This document shows, piece after piece, positions 52,296-62,352 of a stretch of 64,000 bases of DNA. Below the pieces are notes generated by a model. That model had not been told where the DNA came from and did no database searches. It saw nothing but the letters and a program-made list of their open reading frames with translations. The stretch comes from an uncultured Verrucomicrobiae bacterium (GTDB lineage: Bacteria > Verrucomicrobiota > Verrucomicrobiia > Chthoniobacterales > JAFAMB01): positions 192,001 through 256,000 of the forward strand of contig CAVXLD010000012.1 of the NCBI GenBank assembly GCA_963762565.1. The letters are read 5' to 3'. Position 1 is the stretch's first letter; each line of letters begins with the position of its first letter. The position numbers and the translations under genes are program-made.

Positions 52296-52406
52296 GGCTG
52301 CGCAACGAGCGACAAAAACGCACCAGAGAAACATTTCTTCAATACGGACGGTCGCTGTGGTTTTACCGTTTCGCGTCAATCAACCGTAACTAGAAAGAAA
52401 TCACCT

Positions 52407-52832
52407 ATGTCTAACCCAACTAAAGAAGGACCGTCGACAATCATCCCCGCCATGCGATATCGAAATGCGCCAGCGGCAATAGAATGGCTCTGCGAGGCGT
52501 TCGGATTCGAGAAACATTTGGTCTGCCCAGGAGAGAACGGCACTATTGCTCATGCCGAACTCACTTTGGGCAATGGGATGATGATGCTCGGCTCCGTTCT
52601 CGACAACGATTTCGCAAAGCTGATTAAGCAACCAGATGAGCTCAATGGCTTTGAAACCCAGTGCTCATATGTTGTCGTGAAAGACGCGGATGCTCACTAT
52701 GCTCTGGCGGTAGCGGCGGGAGCGAAGATCGTCCGCGAGATTGAAGATGCGAGCTATGGTGGCCGCGGCTATTCCTGCCGAGATTTAGAGGGCCATCTCT
52801 GGAGCTTTGGGAGCTACGATCCCTGGTGCTAG
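52407..52832 (+). CDS. VOC (glyoxalase/bleomycin resistance) family protein
   Basis: YRNAPAAIEWL..AFGF, IAHAEL, YGGRGYSCRDLEGHLWSFG. Confidence 0.9.
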   Translation: MSNPTKEGPSTIIPAMRYRNAPAAIEWLCEAFGFEKHLVCPGENGTIAHAELTLGNGMMMLGSVLDNDFAKLIKQPDELNGFETQCSYVVVKDADAHYALAVAAGAKIVREIEDASYGGRGYSCRDLEGHLWSFGSYDPWC

Positions 52833-52852
52833 CCGAAGTCGCCAAATGCTCG

Positions 52853-52960
52853 TTCGGAATAGCAAATAGAAAATAGTAGATAGCAAATTGAGTCTTGAAC
52901 CGTCCGGCGCGGTTTGGTGACTCTATTTGCTATTTGCGATGTGCTATTTTCTATTCCGAA
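52853..52960. repeat. TAGCAAA / TTTGCTA heptamer hairpin between convergent genes
   Basis: TTCGGAATAGCAAATAG ... CTATTTGCTATTTGC...CTATTCCGAA; related units at 42735-42795. Confidence 0.65.
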
Positions 52961-53346
52961 CGAGCTTTTGGCGCGTTCAACGGCTCTGGTTTTGGCGCAA
53001 TTTTTATGTTGTAGGCTTTAGCGTTTCGCTTGCCCCAAAGTCCCATCGCTGTCAGCACGGATTCGAGGCTGTGTCCGCGTTGGGTGAGAGAATACTCCAC
53101 CTTTGGTGGTACTTGTTGATACACCTTGCGGCGCACCAGGCCGTCCCTTTCCAACTCACGTAGTTGCTGGGTCAGCATTTTCTTGCTGGCGTTCTTCACG
53201 ATTCGACGCAACTGGCCGAAACGGAGTATGCCGTCCTGCTGGAGGTAGTAGAGCAGAAGCGGCTTATATTTTCCGCCGATTACCGCCAACGTGACCTCCA
53301 CCGGACAAAGGCAGACGGATTGCTTTGGATCTTCGGTTTCCAACAA
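52951..53346 (-). CDS. HxlR-family transcriptional regulator
   Basis: CPVEVTL.VIGGKYK, KMLTQQLRELE.DGLV.R.VY.QVPPKVEYSLT. Confidence 0.93.
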   Translation of the reverse strand: MLETEDPKQSVCLCPVEVTLAVIGGKYKPLLLYYLQQDGILRFGQLRRIVKNASKKMLTQQLRELERDGLVRRKVYQQVPPKVEYSLTQRGHSLESVLTAMGLWGKRNAKAYNIKIAPKPEPLNAPKARSE

Positions 53347-53432
53347 GGCTATAGGTTACAAAAAGGTGCCTAGTTGTCAAAATGTACCTTCGATGCCACG
53401 ATCAGCGCCAGTGACTGTTGACTTAAAAAATC

Positions 53433-54236
53433 ATGAAGAACGTGCTGATTGTTTACGCGCATCCGGAACCTACGTCCTTGACCCGCCAACTCGTTGAAGT
53501 TTCTGTGGAGACGCTGCAGGAGCAGGGACACCGAGTCCTGTTGTCGGATCTTTGCGGCATGCGGTGGAAGGCGGTCTTTGATGAACACGACTTTCCGTAC
53601 CGGGCTAATCCTGACCGGCTCTCTTTCGTAAAGGAGTCGGGACATGCTTACTCAACTGGCCAGCAAACGGCGGATGTGGAAGCCGAGCAGGAGAAACTGC
53701 TTAGCACTGACGCCGTAATATTTCAGTTCCCGCTTTGGTGGTTCAGCATGCCAGCCATCCTCAAGGGATGGGTGGACAGGGTGTTCGCTTACGGGCTTGC
53801 CTATGGCTACAAGGGCGAAGGTAATCGCTATCGGTACGGCGACGGCGGCTTGAAGGGTAGACGTGCGCTTTTGTCAGTGACCCTCGGAGGGCCGGCGGCT
53901 GACTACTCGCCTCGGGGCATCAATGGCCCGCTGGATCAGCTGCTTTTTCCCATTACTCACGGCATGCTATTTTTCGCCGGCATGGATGTGCTGCCCACCT
54001 ACGCGGTCTATGGAACGGGCAGCATAACGGCGGCTGGCGTAGAGGCGGCGAAACAAGCTTGGCGTGCCCGTGTCGAGAACCTGTTCCAGGACGCGCCGAT
54101 TCCATTTCGGCGTCAAAACGGCGGCGATTATCCCGACAGTCACATCCTGGCAGGCGATGTGGCGGTTGGACAGACAGGATTGACGGCTCACGTCTCTGAG
54201 GAGCGTGAATCTCCGGAGGTTTTGGTTCCAGCGTAA
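53433..54236 (+). CDS. NAD(P)H quinone oxidoreductase (flavodoxin-2 family)
   Basis: AHPEPTS, FQFPLWWFSMPAILKGWVDRVF; divergent from hxlR. Confidence 0.92.
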   Translation: MKNVLIVYAHPEPTSLTRQLVEVSVETLQEQGHRVLLSDLCGMRWKAVFDEHDFPYRANPDRLSFVKESGHAYSTGQQTADVEAEQEKLLSTDAVIFQFPLWWFSMPAILKGWVDRVFAYGLAYGYKGEGNRYRYGDGGLKGRRALLSVTLGGPAADYSPRGINGPLDQLLFPITHGMLFFAGMDVLPTYAVYGTGSITAAGVEAAKQAWRARVENLFQDAPIPFRRQNGGDYPDSHILAGDVAVGQTGLTAHVSEERESPEVLVPA

Positions 54237-54377
54237 AGCGATGGCGAGGGCCAGGGCGCAAGCTCCAGCTTGGGCTTCTAAAGCCGATTCGAGAACAGCT
54301 GGTGCGTAAGGCAGGGGTTGGCTTGGCTGAAGCGGAAAACAGAATGTAGCTGGGTTCCACGTACGGCACCCGGCAAT

Positions 54378-54590
54378 GCGCAATACTCCAGTACTCCAAA
54401 ACTCCCGCCCGCAACGCTTCGCGTAGCGATGCGGCGCGGCCATCACTCCGCTCGCCAGGATTCGAGGACAGCCTGTCCGCCGTAGCCCAGGCTCTATGTT
54501 GCCAACAGCTCGCAGTCGGCCTCGCAAGCGAGGCGCGCTCCACAAACCAAGGAGTCGGCGAAGGCGGAAGGACGACGACGAAGAATACGA
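54378..54590 (-). repeat. Composite nested repeat, copy 2 (with an additional insert)
   Basis: Reverse complement matches 8941-9110, plus an extra CGCATCGCTACGCGAAGCGTTGCGGGCGG unit. Confidence 0.85.
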
Positions 54591-54601
54591 AGCCCCTTAC
54601 A

Positions 54602-55291
54602 TCACCCTCGTCCCAAAGCAGTCCAGCCAAACTTGAGGAGCGGGAGTCCTTCGGACGCAAAGAGAGTGAGTTTGGAAGGCAGCTCCGGGGAGCGCAGATC
54701 GGTTTCAGTGAGTTGGCGCGAAACGATGAACGACTTGTATTTCAGGTATTCGGCGCACTCGGCGTCCGCGAATGATTCAAACCCTCGAGGTACGCGTTTG
54801 AGTGAGTCGCTGTCTCGAAGTGTTAGGCCGGCGCGATCGAGCCGATTAATCACCGATTTAAACTCTTTCCAACGGTCGGCAATTGCTTCTCGGATGCGGG
54901 TCAACCCCGGCTGGTCTGGTTGATAGAAGCCAAGCGCTTCGAACGAGGCTTTCGGCTCCACATGAACGTACAACACTCCCGAACCTGGCTTTCCTCCCGT
55001 ATTGAAGACTGCTCCCAGGTTTGTCTTGTATGGTCGTTTGTCCGCGCTAAAACGCGTGTCCCGATAGATTCGGAAAATCGCTCTCTGCGGTTCTGTGGAT
55101 AGGGGGATTTTCGTCTTAGCCAACGCTGCAGACGTTGACCAAACCAGCCGGCGCAATTCTTCTTCGACCGTTTCCTTGTAGAAGGCCTTCCGTTCGTTGA
55201 ACCATTCACGCCGGTTATTCTTGTCGAGCTCGACGAGAAAACGCAGGGTCCCGTCTGAGAAACCAGCAAATTGCGGGGAGCTTGTTGGCAT
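54602..55291 (-). CDS. DUF2461 (TIGR02453) family protein
   Basis: L..NN.REWF, IFRIYRDTRFSADKRPYKT, LKRVPRGF. Confidence 0.9.
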   Translation of the reverse strand: MPTSSPQFAGFSDGTLRFLVELDKNNRREWFNERKAFYKETVEEELRRLVWSTSAALAKTKIPLSTEPQRAIFRIYRDTRFSADKRPYKTNLGAVFNTGGKPGSGVLYVHVEPKASFEALGFYQPDQPGLTRIREAIADRWKEFKSVINRLDRAGLTLRDSDSLKRVPRGFESFADAECAEYLKYKSFIVSRQLTETDLRSPELPSKLTLFASEGLPLLKFGWTALGRG

Positions 55292-55398
55292 GGTCTTCTC
55301 CTCGGGAAATAAGAACAGGTACGGCCGGTGGCGGGCAACCGAAAAATTGATTTACCAGACAAAAGGAATGAGGGCGGTAGCGGACTGGCTGTGCGCTT

Positions 55399-55869
55399 CT
55401 AGTTTAGGTCAGGGTTCGCAGCGTAATATTTCAAGGCCCGCTCGTAGCGTTTGATATGAACGTCGGTAGCGCTATCCGCTACCAGCTTTAGAAGTAGTGA
55501 GATCGCCCCTCGAAACCGTTCCTCAGAGTACAAAGTTAACGCTAAGAAAGCCGGAAACTCAGAGGTATCGCCATAGTCTTCGATGCCTTTTCGAAGCAAC
55601 TCTTCCGAACGCCCGAATTCTTTGAGATTCCGGTATGTGCTCCCGGCGCCAAGTAATGCACCTCTCAGGTTCTCTCCGCTTAGTCCCAATGCCAAGGCCT
55701 TTTCATAGTGACCTAAGGCGTCTGCTTCCGACCCTTGGGCGTCTCGAATCCACCCCGCAAAGTAGTGAGCGACGGCAACGTTCGGCTCACGCTTCAGCCA
55801 GTCGTCAGCCAGGGCTTGCGCGAGCGCATAATCCTTATTTGCTAGAGCGCTTCGAATTTGGTCTTCCAT
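55399..55869 (-). CDS. Tetratricopeptide-repeat protein
   Basis: D..G.E..A...YEKALALGL..E.LRGALLG.GSTYRNL. Confidence 0.8.
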   Translation of the reverse strand: MEDQIRSALANKDYALAQALADDWLKREPNVAVAHYFAGWIRDAQGSEADALGHYEKALALGLSGENLRGALLGAGSTYRNLKEFGRSEELLRKGIEDYGDTSEFPAFLALTLYSEERFRGAISLLLKLVADSATDVHIKRYERALKYYAANPDLN

Positions 55870-56066
55870 ATGGATAAAATGAAGTCGGCAGACGGTTTCG
55901 AGATGATTTGGCAGGGATGCGGGGCGAAGCTTGGTTCCGGTTCTACTGATTAACTCAAATGGCTACTGCCTTCCGCAGATACGTCGCCTTCTTACGAGCG
56001 GTCAATGGCGGACAAGTTAACACGATCCTCAAGGGAGATCTCCGATAGGTTCCCTAAACAATCAGC

Positions 56067-57017
56067 ATGAAAATCCATCTAGACACCGATTTGGGCGGCG
56101 ACATCGATGATCTTTGCGCGTTGGCCATGTTGCTTAACTGGCCCGGGGTCGAATTGATCGGCGTGACGACGGTAGCTGAGCATCAGGGAAAGCGAGCAGG
56201 TTATACCCGCTACGCTCTGGCACTGACGGGCCGGGATCAGGTCCCGGTTGCGGCGGGTGCTGATGTTTCTCTGGGTTGCTATCGGTCTACCCCAGGTCTT
56301 CCAGACGAAGCACGCTACTGGCCGGAACCTGTATTATCGAAAGCGAGCCCCGCGGAACAAGCGCTCGATCTGCTGGAGAAGAGTATTCGGGAAGACGCTA
56401 TTATCGCGGCAGTCGGTCCCTACACGAATTTGGCTCTGCTAGAGAAACGGGCGCCCGGCATTTTATCCCAAGCGCGACTTTTTCTTATGGGTGGATACAT
56501 CTTCCCCGTCCGAAGCGGTTTCCCAGCTTGGGATGGTGAAGTGGATTTCAATGTGCAGATCGATGTGGAATCGGCGAACCTCGTCTTTGAAGCTTCCAAC
56601 CCCACGCTGGTTCCACTATCGGTGACGCTCGAGACCTCTCTTCGTAGGGCCTATTTACCTCGGTTACAACAGTCGGGACCATTGGGCCAACTCATCGCCC
56701 GACAAGCGGAAGCCTTTGCTGAAGATCTGAAGTATGAAGCGCTTTTTGGCCGGACGTGTGGGGGATTGCCCGCCGACACGATCAATTTCCAACATGATCC
56801 GTTAACCTGCGCGATTGCGCTGGGCTGGGATCAAGGCGTGGTGATTGAGAAAATTCCAGTCAGCTCGACCATCGTAGATGGATGGATGCAGCAAAAAATC
56901 GTGCCCGGCGGAAAAATGACCGGCGTGGTCAGCGCAGTGGACGGTCCGGCATTTAGCGAGTTCTGGGTTAAGGTTGTGACGTCGAGAGAAAGCAAGGAGC
57001 AAGGAGCTAGAATCTAG
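56067..57017 (+). CDS. Nucleoside hydrolase (IU-NH family)
   Basis: LDTDLGGDIDD, GPYTNLA, MGG, DFN, HDPL. Confidence 0.9.
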   Translation: MKIHLDTDLGGDIDDLCALAMLLNWPGVELIGVTTVAEHQGKRAGYTRYALALTGRDQVPVAAGADVSLGCYRSTPGLPDEARYWPEPVLSKASPAEQALDLLEKSIREDAIIAAVGPYTNLALLEKRAPGILSQARLFLMGGYIFPVRSGFPAWDGEVDFNVQIDVESANLVFEASNPTLVPLSVTLETSLRRAYLPRLQQSGPLGQLIARQAEAFAEDLKYEALFGRTCGGLPADTINFQHDPLTCAIALGWDQGVVIEKIPVSSTIVDGWMQQKIVPGGKMTGVVSAVDGPAFSEFWVKVVTSRESKEQGARI

Positions 57018-57045
57018 GAGCTAGGAGCTAGGAGCGCGCGTGCGG

Positions 57046-57780
57046 CTATACAGCTTTTTTTGCCCACAACAAAAGGTACCGGCTGATCGATGGAATTGGT
57101 CCTTTGGTGAAATCTGTCTCCAGACGTTCTAAGCCGCGCTGAAATGCGTCCTCAGATAGCAGACGTAAGCAGGAAAAGGCTTTGGCGCGATAAGGCGCGA
57201 GGTCGCTGAGCAAGGCAACTGCACGGACCTCTTCCTGGCGCAGGTCAACCAGGCCGGCGTCGCGCAATTCACTTTCGAGGGTGTCTGTCCGAGGATACCG
57301 GGCGAGCTCGATTTCTATGGTTTCCGGCCAATAGACCGACAGGGGCGTTCGGTTTCGAATGATTTCTTCCGAGTCAGTCGCGATAGCGAACAGCCCTCCC
57401 TTCGATAGGAGCCGATCTGTTTCCTGAAAAGCTCGTGAACGATCACAGAAATGGTGAATGGCATCAACGGTGAAAACGAAGTCAAATTGGCCATCCGCGA
57501 ACCCAGTCTCCTCGGCCGGAGCACAAATCCAGGTCACCTGCGCTCCGTGAGATCGGGCCCTACGGAGCATCTCATCTGATGGGTCGATACCATAGGCGAT
57601 GCAGCCAGTCTCGGCCTGGAGAGCGCTGATATAATTCCCGGTACCACAACCCACCTCCAGCACCGTGGATCTTCTTTGGATACCGGCTCCCGCAAAAAGA
57701 GCCGCCAACGCTGGGCGATGAATCTGCCTGAACCGCGCGTATTCTTGTGAGGTCTTTTCGTCGTAGGTCATTGGTCTCAA
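57046..57780 (-). CDS. Class I SAM-dependent methyltransferase
   Basis: VLEVGCGTG, GIDPS.EML, AEE..F.DG.FD. Confidence 0.88.
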   Translation of the reverse strand: MRPMTYDEKTSQEYARFRQIHRPALAALFAGAGIQRRSTVLEVGCGTGNYISALQAETGCIAYGIDPSDEMLRRARSHGAQVTWICAPAEETGFADGQFDFVFTVDAIHHFCDRSRAFQETDRLLSKGGLFAIATDSEEIIRNRTPLSVYWPETIEIELARYPRTDTLESELRDAGLVDLRQEEVRAVALLSDLAPYRAKAFSCLRLLSEDAFQRGLERLETDFTKGPIPSISRYLLLWAKKAV

Positions 57781-57823
57781 CTACTCTTGTTCCACAAACT
57801 AATCAGCCTAGTCGGCGGTACCG

Positions 57824-58294
57824 TTAGATCCATCTGTGCACCCGATTCTTATAGTGTATCCAGTTCTCGCCGAAATCCCTTTCCAGCTGCTTCTCTTCTC
57901 TTCTGATAAACAGGTCCACCAGAGGTAGATGAAGGACCGTAATCAGCAGACCCATGAGCGATCCTATCCACAAAGCTGCTCCAAAAAATACGAATACATT
58001 GCCGCCAAGATAAAGCGGGTTACGGGAGAAGCGATAAGGCCCGGAGGTAAAAAGGATCTTCTGTGGCTGCAGAGAGATCACTTTGAGGTGGTGGGCGTAG
58101 AAGTAGAATGCCGCCCATACACGTAAGAGAAATCCAGCACTAATGAGTAACCAGCCTGCCAGTGTTGCCAAGGCGGAGTGAAAACCGTGGATCCCCAGGA
58201 GGCGGTCTAGCGTCGTACCGAGGAAAGCAACGCAGGACCCCACCAGCACGACCGAGATGTTGTGAAGAATGCTTTTGAATAAATACCGTACCAT
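57824..58294 (-). CDS. ICMT/PEMT-family membrane methyltransferase
   Basis: TSGPYRFSRNPLYLG, REEKQL..FG..W..Y...V.RW. Confidence 0.85.
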   Translation of the reverse strand: MVRYLFKSILHNISVVLVGSCVAFLGTTLDRLLGIHGFHSALATLAGWLLISAGFLLRVWAAFYFYAHHLKVISLQPQKILFTSGPYRFSRNPLYLGGNVFVFFGAALWIGSLMGLLITVLHLPLVDLFIRREEKQLERDFGENWIHYKNRVHRWI

Positions 58295-59120
58295 CAGATT
58301 CCTTCTCAGGTTGGCTCCAGGGACCTTAACGCAGAATTCGCTCGCGGGAATATCCACTAAAGATGCCACCGCCGCGGGGCTGCCGCTGCGCTCTTCAATG
58401 CGCCAGTGTGTGTATGAGGGGTTATGATCATAACCCGCTTAACCTGTCAAAAAATGGGGTGCAGCCAATGCCCCGTGCGTCGAAACCATTTTCAACAACC
58501 TCCGCGGGTAGCCGGAGAAGGTCTAGGTTAAAGCCTGGTGGCCTCGCAAGGGGCAGCGCTCCACAATCATACGTTCCGCGCATTTTCCTGGGAAAACTGC
58601 CAGGACTTCCAGCAATCGCAGGTTAGTCAGTTAGCAATAACTCACACTTAAGATCTCTAATACCAGTCGAGCATGTTATTGCGATAGGTGTTCATGATGA
58701 ATCAGAACTTCGATCGCGTGTCCTCTTCTAACCATTCTTCTGCTGACTACGAAAACGATTGAAGACGTTAAGCGTTGATACTTTGGCTACTGGAGCACGC
58801 AAGGCATCTTTAACTAATCGAGCGAGAAGAAGATCGCTGTATGAGACAAATTTGAGTTTTATGAAATGAAATTATTTTAATAGGAAGCCTGATAATCATA
58901 CTAATCTAGTAGGTATAACCGGCGATATCAGATATATGACGAAGAAACGTAATCTGCGTCTGCAGAGCCATTTACAGCTCTTGTGAATGTTCGCCTTTCT
59001 CGAGAAATCTTGCAAAACGCACTGGTTACGGCTAGTCAGTTTTACCAACCGATCGGTGTAGAAAGATTCTCAAAATATTTTTCTTCTATTCGTGTTAAGT
59101 ACTTTGTTACCTTGTTACAA

Positions 59121-60574
59121 ATGAACTTGCCCTCCTTTACCCGGTCGGCATTAGTCACGGGTCTTTACTCACTAGTGTTTGCTGTATCTGCGTATGCAGT
59201 TCCGTTTCTTGATATCAAATCCAACTGCCGATTGTGGTTGGTTCCGCGGTATCGGGAGCCGCTGCACATTTAAACAACGATCTGTATTATGCCGGTGGTA
59301 CAACTTCCGCCGGCGCTGTAACCAATGCGTTTACACAAGTTAACCTGTTCAACCAGGCTGTCACTCCCCTTGCTCCGATGCCGACCGCGCGAGCCGGTCT
59401 CGGGCTGGTTGGGTTCTTTTACAATCAGAGTGGTACAGTCGATGCGCTCCTGGCGGTAGGTGGAACCAATGGCTCCACAGCGGTAGGTAACGTTGAGCTA
59501 TACAATCCGGTTACTGGAACCTGGAGTGAGTTGGCCCCGATACCGACCCCACGCGCATATCTGACCGTGGTGGCTGGAGTGGACCAAAGAGTCTACGCGA
59601 TCGGCGGCGTGAATTCGAGCGGTCAGGCCGTGGGTACAGTAGAAATCTACAATCCGGCCAAGAATACCTGGGCAGAAGGACCATCGTTAAATACGGCCCG
59701 GGCACACCACGCTTCGGTCATGAGCTTTTGACGATGTGATTTTTGTGGCAGGCGGCGTGGATGTGAATGGCAACGTCTTGAACTCAACGGAAGTGTACAA
59801 CCTGTCGAACACCACTCCATCCTGGTTCACGGGAGTCCCAATGCTCAGTCCTCGTTCAGATTTCGGGATCGCCTGGCCGCGGATGGATACCTGCATGCGT
59901 TCGGGGGCCTAACAACGGGCGGTACGCAACTTAAAACCATCGAGGGATACCAATTCAGTACCGGTAAGTGGACGAAGGAGCCGCACGCATTGCCGGAACC
60001 GCTGTCTGGGATTGCGGTTACAGAGACTTTGAACGGCGCCGATTTTATAGTAGGCGGTCAGAGCGGGTCTACGATCGAAACAACAGCGATACGGGCCAAG
60101 TCACCAAAAACGCCGTCCATACGGTGACATTCTTCGTGCACACGGATGATCAGCCTTATGTACATGGCAATCAGGCGATGGACCAAATACCGCCGTTAAA
60201 TACGGTTGGTCTTCTGTCGCTTGGTCTTCTGAGCACGACAAACTTCACGAGTTCCGGGTATTGCGGGTACGATCGAGGCGGGCGGCAGTCTTACTGTCGA
60301 CATTCCAGGTACGATCATTGTGGGCGCCATCAATACGGTGACCGTCACCGCTGAGAACCAAGACGGGACTGATCCGGTAACGATTGGTTCGGTCAATTCA
60401 CTGCTTGGACTTAGCGGGGATGTCACTGTCCCGATTACGCCTCCGGTGGTGCTGAAGAACAAGGCGTTGGTATTGAGCCTATCTACTCTCCTCGGAGTGG
60501 ATCTTAATCTTTCGGGTGGCGTCGTGACCGTTAAGATCCAGGGCTTGGACGGAAGACCAAGCGATCCTCAATAA
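59121..60574 (+). pseudogene. Secreted kelch-repeat beta-propeller protein with C-terminal beta-rich domain; about 5 frameshifts (pseudogene or assembly errors)
   Basis: Signal peptide at 59121; kelch units (YYAGG, LAVGG..VELYNP..W, VYAIGG..VEIYNP..W, FVAGG..TEVYN..W, HAFGG..IEGY..W, FIVGG) continue across frames. Confidence 0.75.
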
Positions 60575-60651
60575 TAATACGGGCTCGGCAGAGCTTCGGC
60601 TCAAGCCGGTGTCCTAAAGCAGAATTACAAAACAAAATATTCTAAAACCCG

Positions 60652-60684
60652 CCCCCGGGCCCTTTGGTCCGGGGGTTTCTTTTT
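60652..60684 (+). terminator. Rho-independent terminator
   Basis: CCCCCGGGCC / GGTCCGGGGG stem followed by TTTCTTTTT. Confidence 0.7.
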
Positions 60685-60858
60685 GATCAGCGGGCCCGGC
60701 TTAAGAATGCCTTGCGTTTTTCTGAATTCGCCCGAGTTTAGCGCTCCGATAGTTCTAGTTTATTGCCCGGTGGATCGTCAGGTGGGGTTTCCTCAGTGGT
60801 GATTTGAAACCCGGTGTTCGGGAACGGCTGTGTGACTTGATACATCGTAATTGTTGAT

Positions 60859-61170
60859 ATGAAATTATTTGTTGGAAATCTTCCCTTCTCGACTGTGGAA
60901 GACGATCTGCGCGATTTATTCTCCCAATACGGCACTGTAACCGACGTGTTTGTGGCGACGGACCGGGTTAGTGGACGCTCACGTGGGTTTGGCTTCGTGA
61001 CCATGGGAAATGAAGCCGAAGGCCAAGCGGCGATCAGCGCACTGGAGGGCCACGCCCTGGATAATCGTAATTTGACCGTGAACGAAGCGCGCCCGAAAGA
61101 AGAGGGCGGCGGCGGCCGACCGCGATCATTTGGCGGCAATAAACGCCCGTTCAGCGACCGCCGGCGTTAA
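60859..61170 (+). CDS. RRM-domain RNA-binding protein with Gly/Arg tail
   Basis: RNP2 LFVGNL, RNP1 RGFGFVTM, LTVNEARP. Confidence 0.95.
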   Translation: MKLFVGNLPFSTVEDDLRDLFSQYGTVTDVFVATDRVSGRSRGFGFVTMGNEAEGQAAISALEGHALDNRNLTVNEARPKEEGGGGRPRSFGGNKRPFSDRRR

Positions 61171-61370
61171 GCCAGCACGGGCAAGACGAACTGCTTAGGT
61201 CTTCGCGGTTTGTGCGGGACCTATCGGCGTCTTTTAGAAGCAGGCTGTCCCGGTTGGATGCCTGGTAAGCGGCTTGGGAGCCGTCCTTTTGCAGGCGAGG
61301 TACTACCTCGCCTGTTCTGCCAGAACGAACCAGTGTTTTAATCTCAACCACAATCTATTGCGCGTTCACA

Positions 61371-61589
61371 ATGCCGACCGAGGACTCCATTGTCACTGAA
61401 GGAAAAATTGTTACGGTGCTGCCCGGGACGATGTTCCGGGTTGAACTCTCCAACCAACATCTGGTTCTGGCCCACATCTCAGGCAAAATGCGAAAAAAGT
61501 TCATCCGGCTTACGGTCGGCGATCGGGTGAAGCTGGAAATGTCGCCGTACGACCTGGGCAAAGCGCGCATCGTTTATCGGTTGGGATAA
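61371..61589 (+). CDS. infA: Translation initiation factor IF-1
   Basis: [24 protein letters not shown]...GDRV..EMSPYDL.KARI.YR. Confidence 0.97.
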   Translation: MPTEDSIVTEGKIVTVLPGTMFRVELSNQHLVLAHISGKMRKKFIRLTVGDRVKLEMSPYDLGKARIVYRLG

Positions 61590-61613
61590 CCTAAAACTTA
61601 TCGCGTCTGGCTA

Positions 61614-62177
61614 GTGTTCCATTGGACCGACATACTGGCTCTCGGATACCTCGGCTTTGAACTTTTCCTTGTAGCTACCCGCCGGGGAAAGCTAAAGGCT
61701 AAGTCGGTTGACCGCGGGACCATTATCGCTGCTTGGATTCTGATCCTCGGCAGTTGCATCACTGGCTTTTTCGTGACTCGCCGCATCACGGTCCTCAATT
61801 GGCCTGCGCATTCGCCGGGTATTATCTGCGTGGCTGTCTTATTTTTGGTCGGTGGTGTCGCGCTGCGCATCTGGGCCATCCGGCATCTAGGAAGATTTTT
61901 CACGGTTAATGTCGGTATTCAACAAGGACACCAAGTAATTCAGGATGGTCCCTATCGATTTGTGCGGCATCCTTCCTATACCGGCTCAGTGCTAGCGCTG
62001 ACTGGGCTTGGGTTTCTCACTTTCAACTGGCTTGGATTGGTCCTGATTGTAACCTGCACGTGGTTGGCATATGCGCTGCGGATTCCAGTAGAAGAAAAGG
62101 TGCTGATGGCGCAGTTCGGGCGCGAATATGTGGAATATGCGGCGCACACTAAGAAGTTGATACCCTGGATCTATTGA
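61614..62177 (+). CDS. ICMT/Ste14-family membrane methyltransferase
   Basis: LRIWAIRHLGRFFT, GPYRFVRHPSYTG, RI.VEE..L...FG. Confidence 0.9.
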   Translation: MFHWTDILALGYLGFELFLVATRRGKLKAKSVDRGTIIAAWILILGSCITGFFVTRRITVLNWPAHSPGIICVAVLFLVGGVALRIWAIRHLGRFFTVNVGIQQGHQVIQDGPYRFVRHPSYTGSVLALTGLGFLTFNWLGLVLIVTCTWLAYALRIPVEEKVLMAQFGREYVEYAAHTKKLIPWIY

Positions 62178-62352
62178 TGGCTCGCGAGTGAGGCGCTTTC
62201 GTTCTCCCGACTTCGCTCTCTGACAGATCTGCCAACCGATGAAGATAAAAGCTTCGTCGGGCAAGCTGTCCGCCAGTCGTCCTGGACTTCATGCGCGAAG
62301 TGATAAGCGGCTCCCCTCCGGCACTCAATATGCGGACCTTGTGACTAAGGAT

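Noticed and set aside
53953..54660. 235-aa and 192-aa minus-strand ORFs (also the ORFs at 8865-9126)
   Set aside because: They translate repeat sequence and the antisense strand of real genes
58460..58630. Riboswitch or ncRNA in the hairpin-rich gap upstream of the kelch gene
   Set aside because: A few short hairpins but no match to any riboswitch consensus I can recognise; an Rfam scan would be needed
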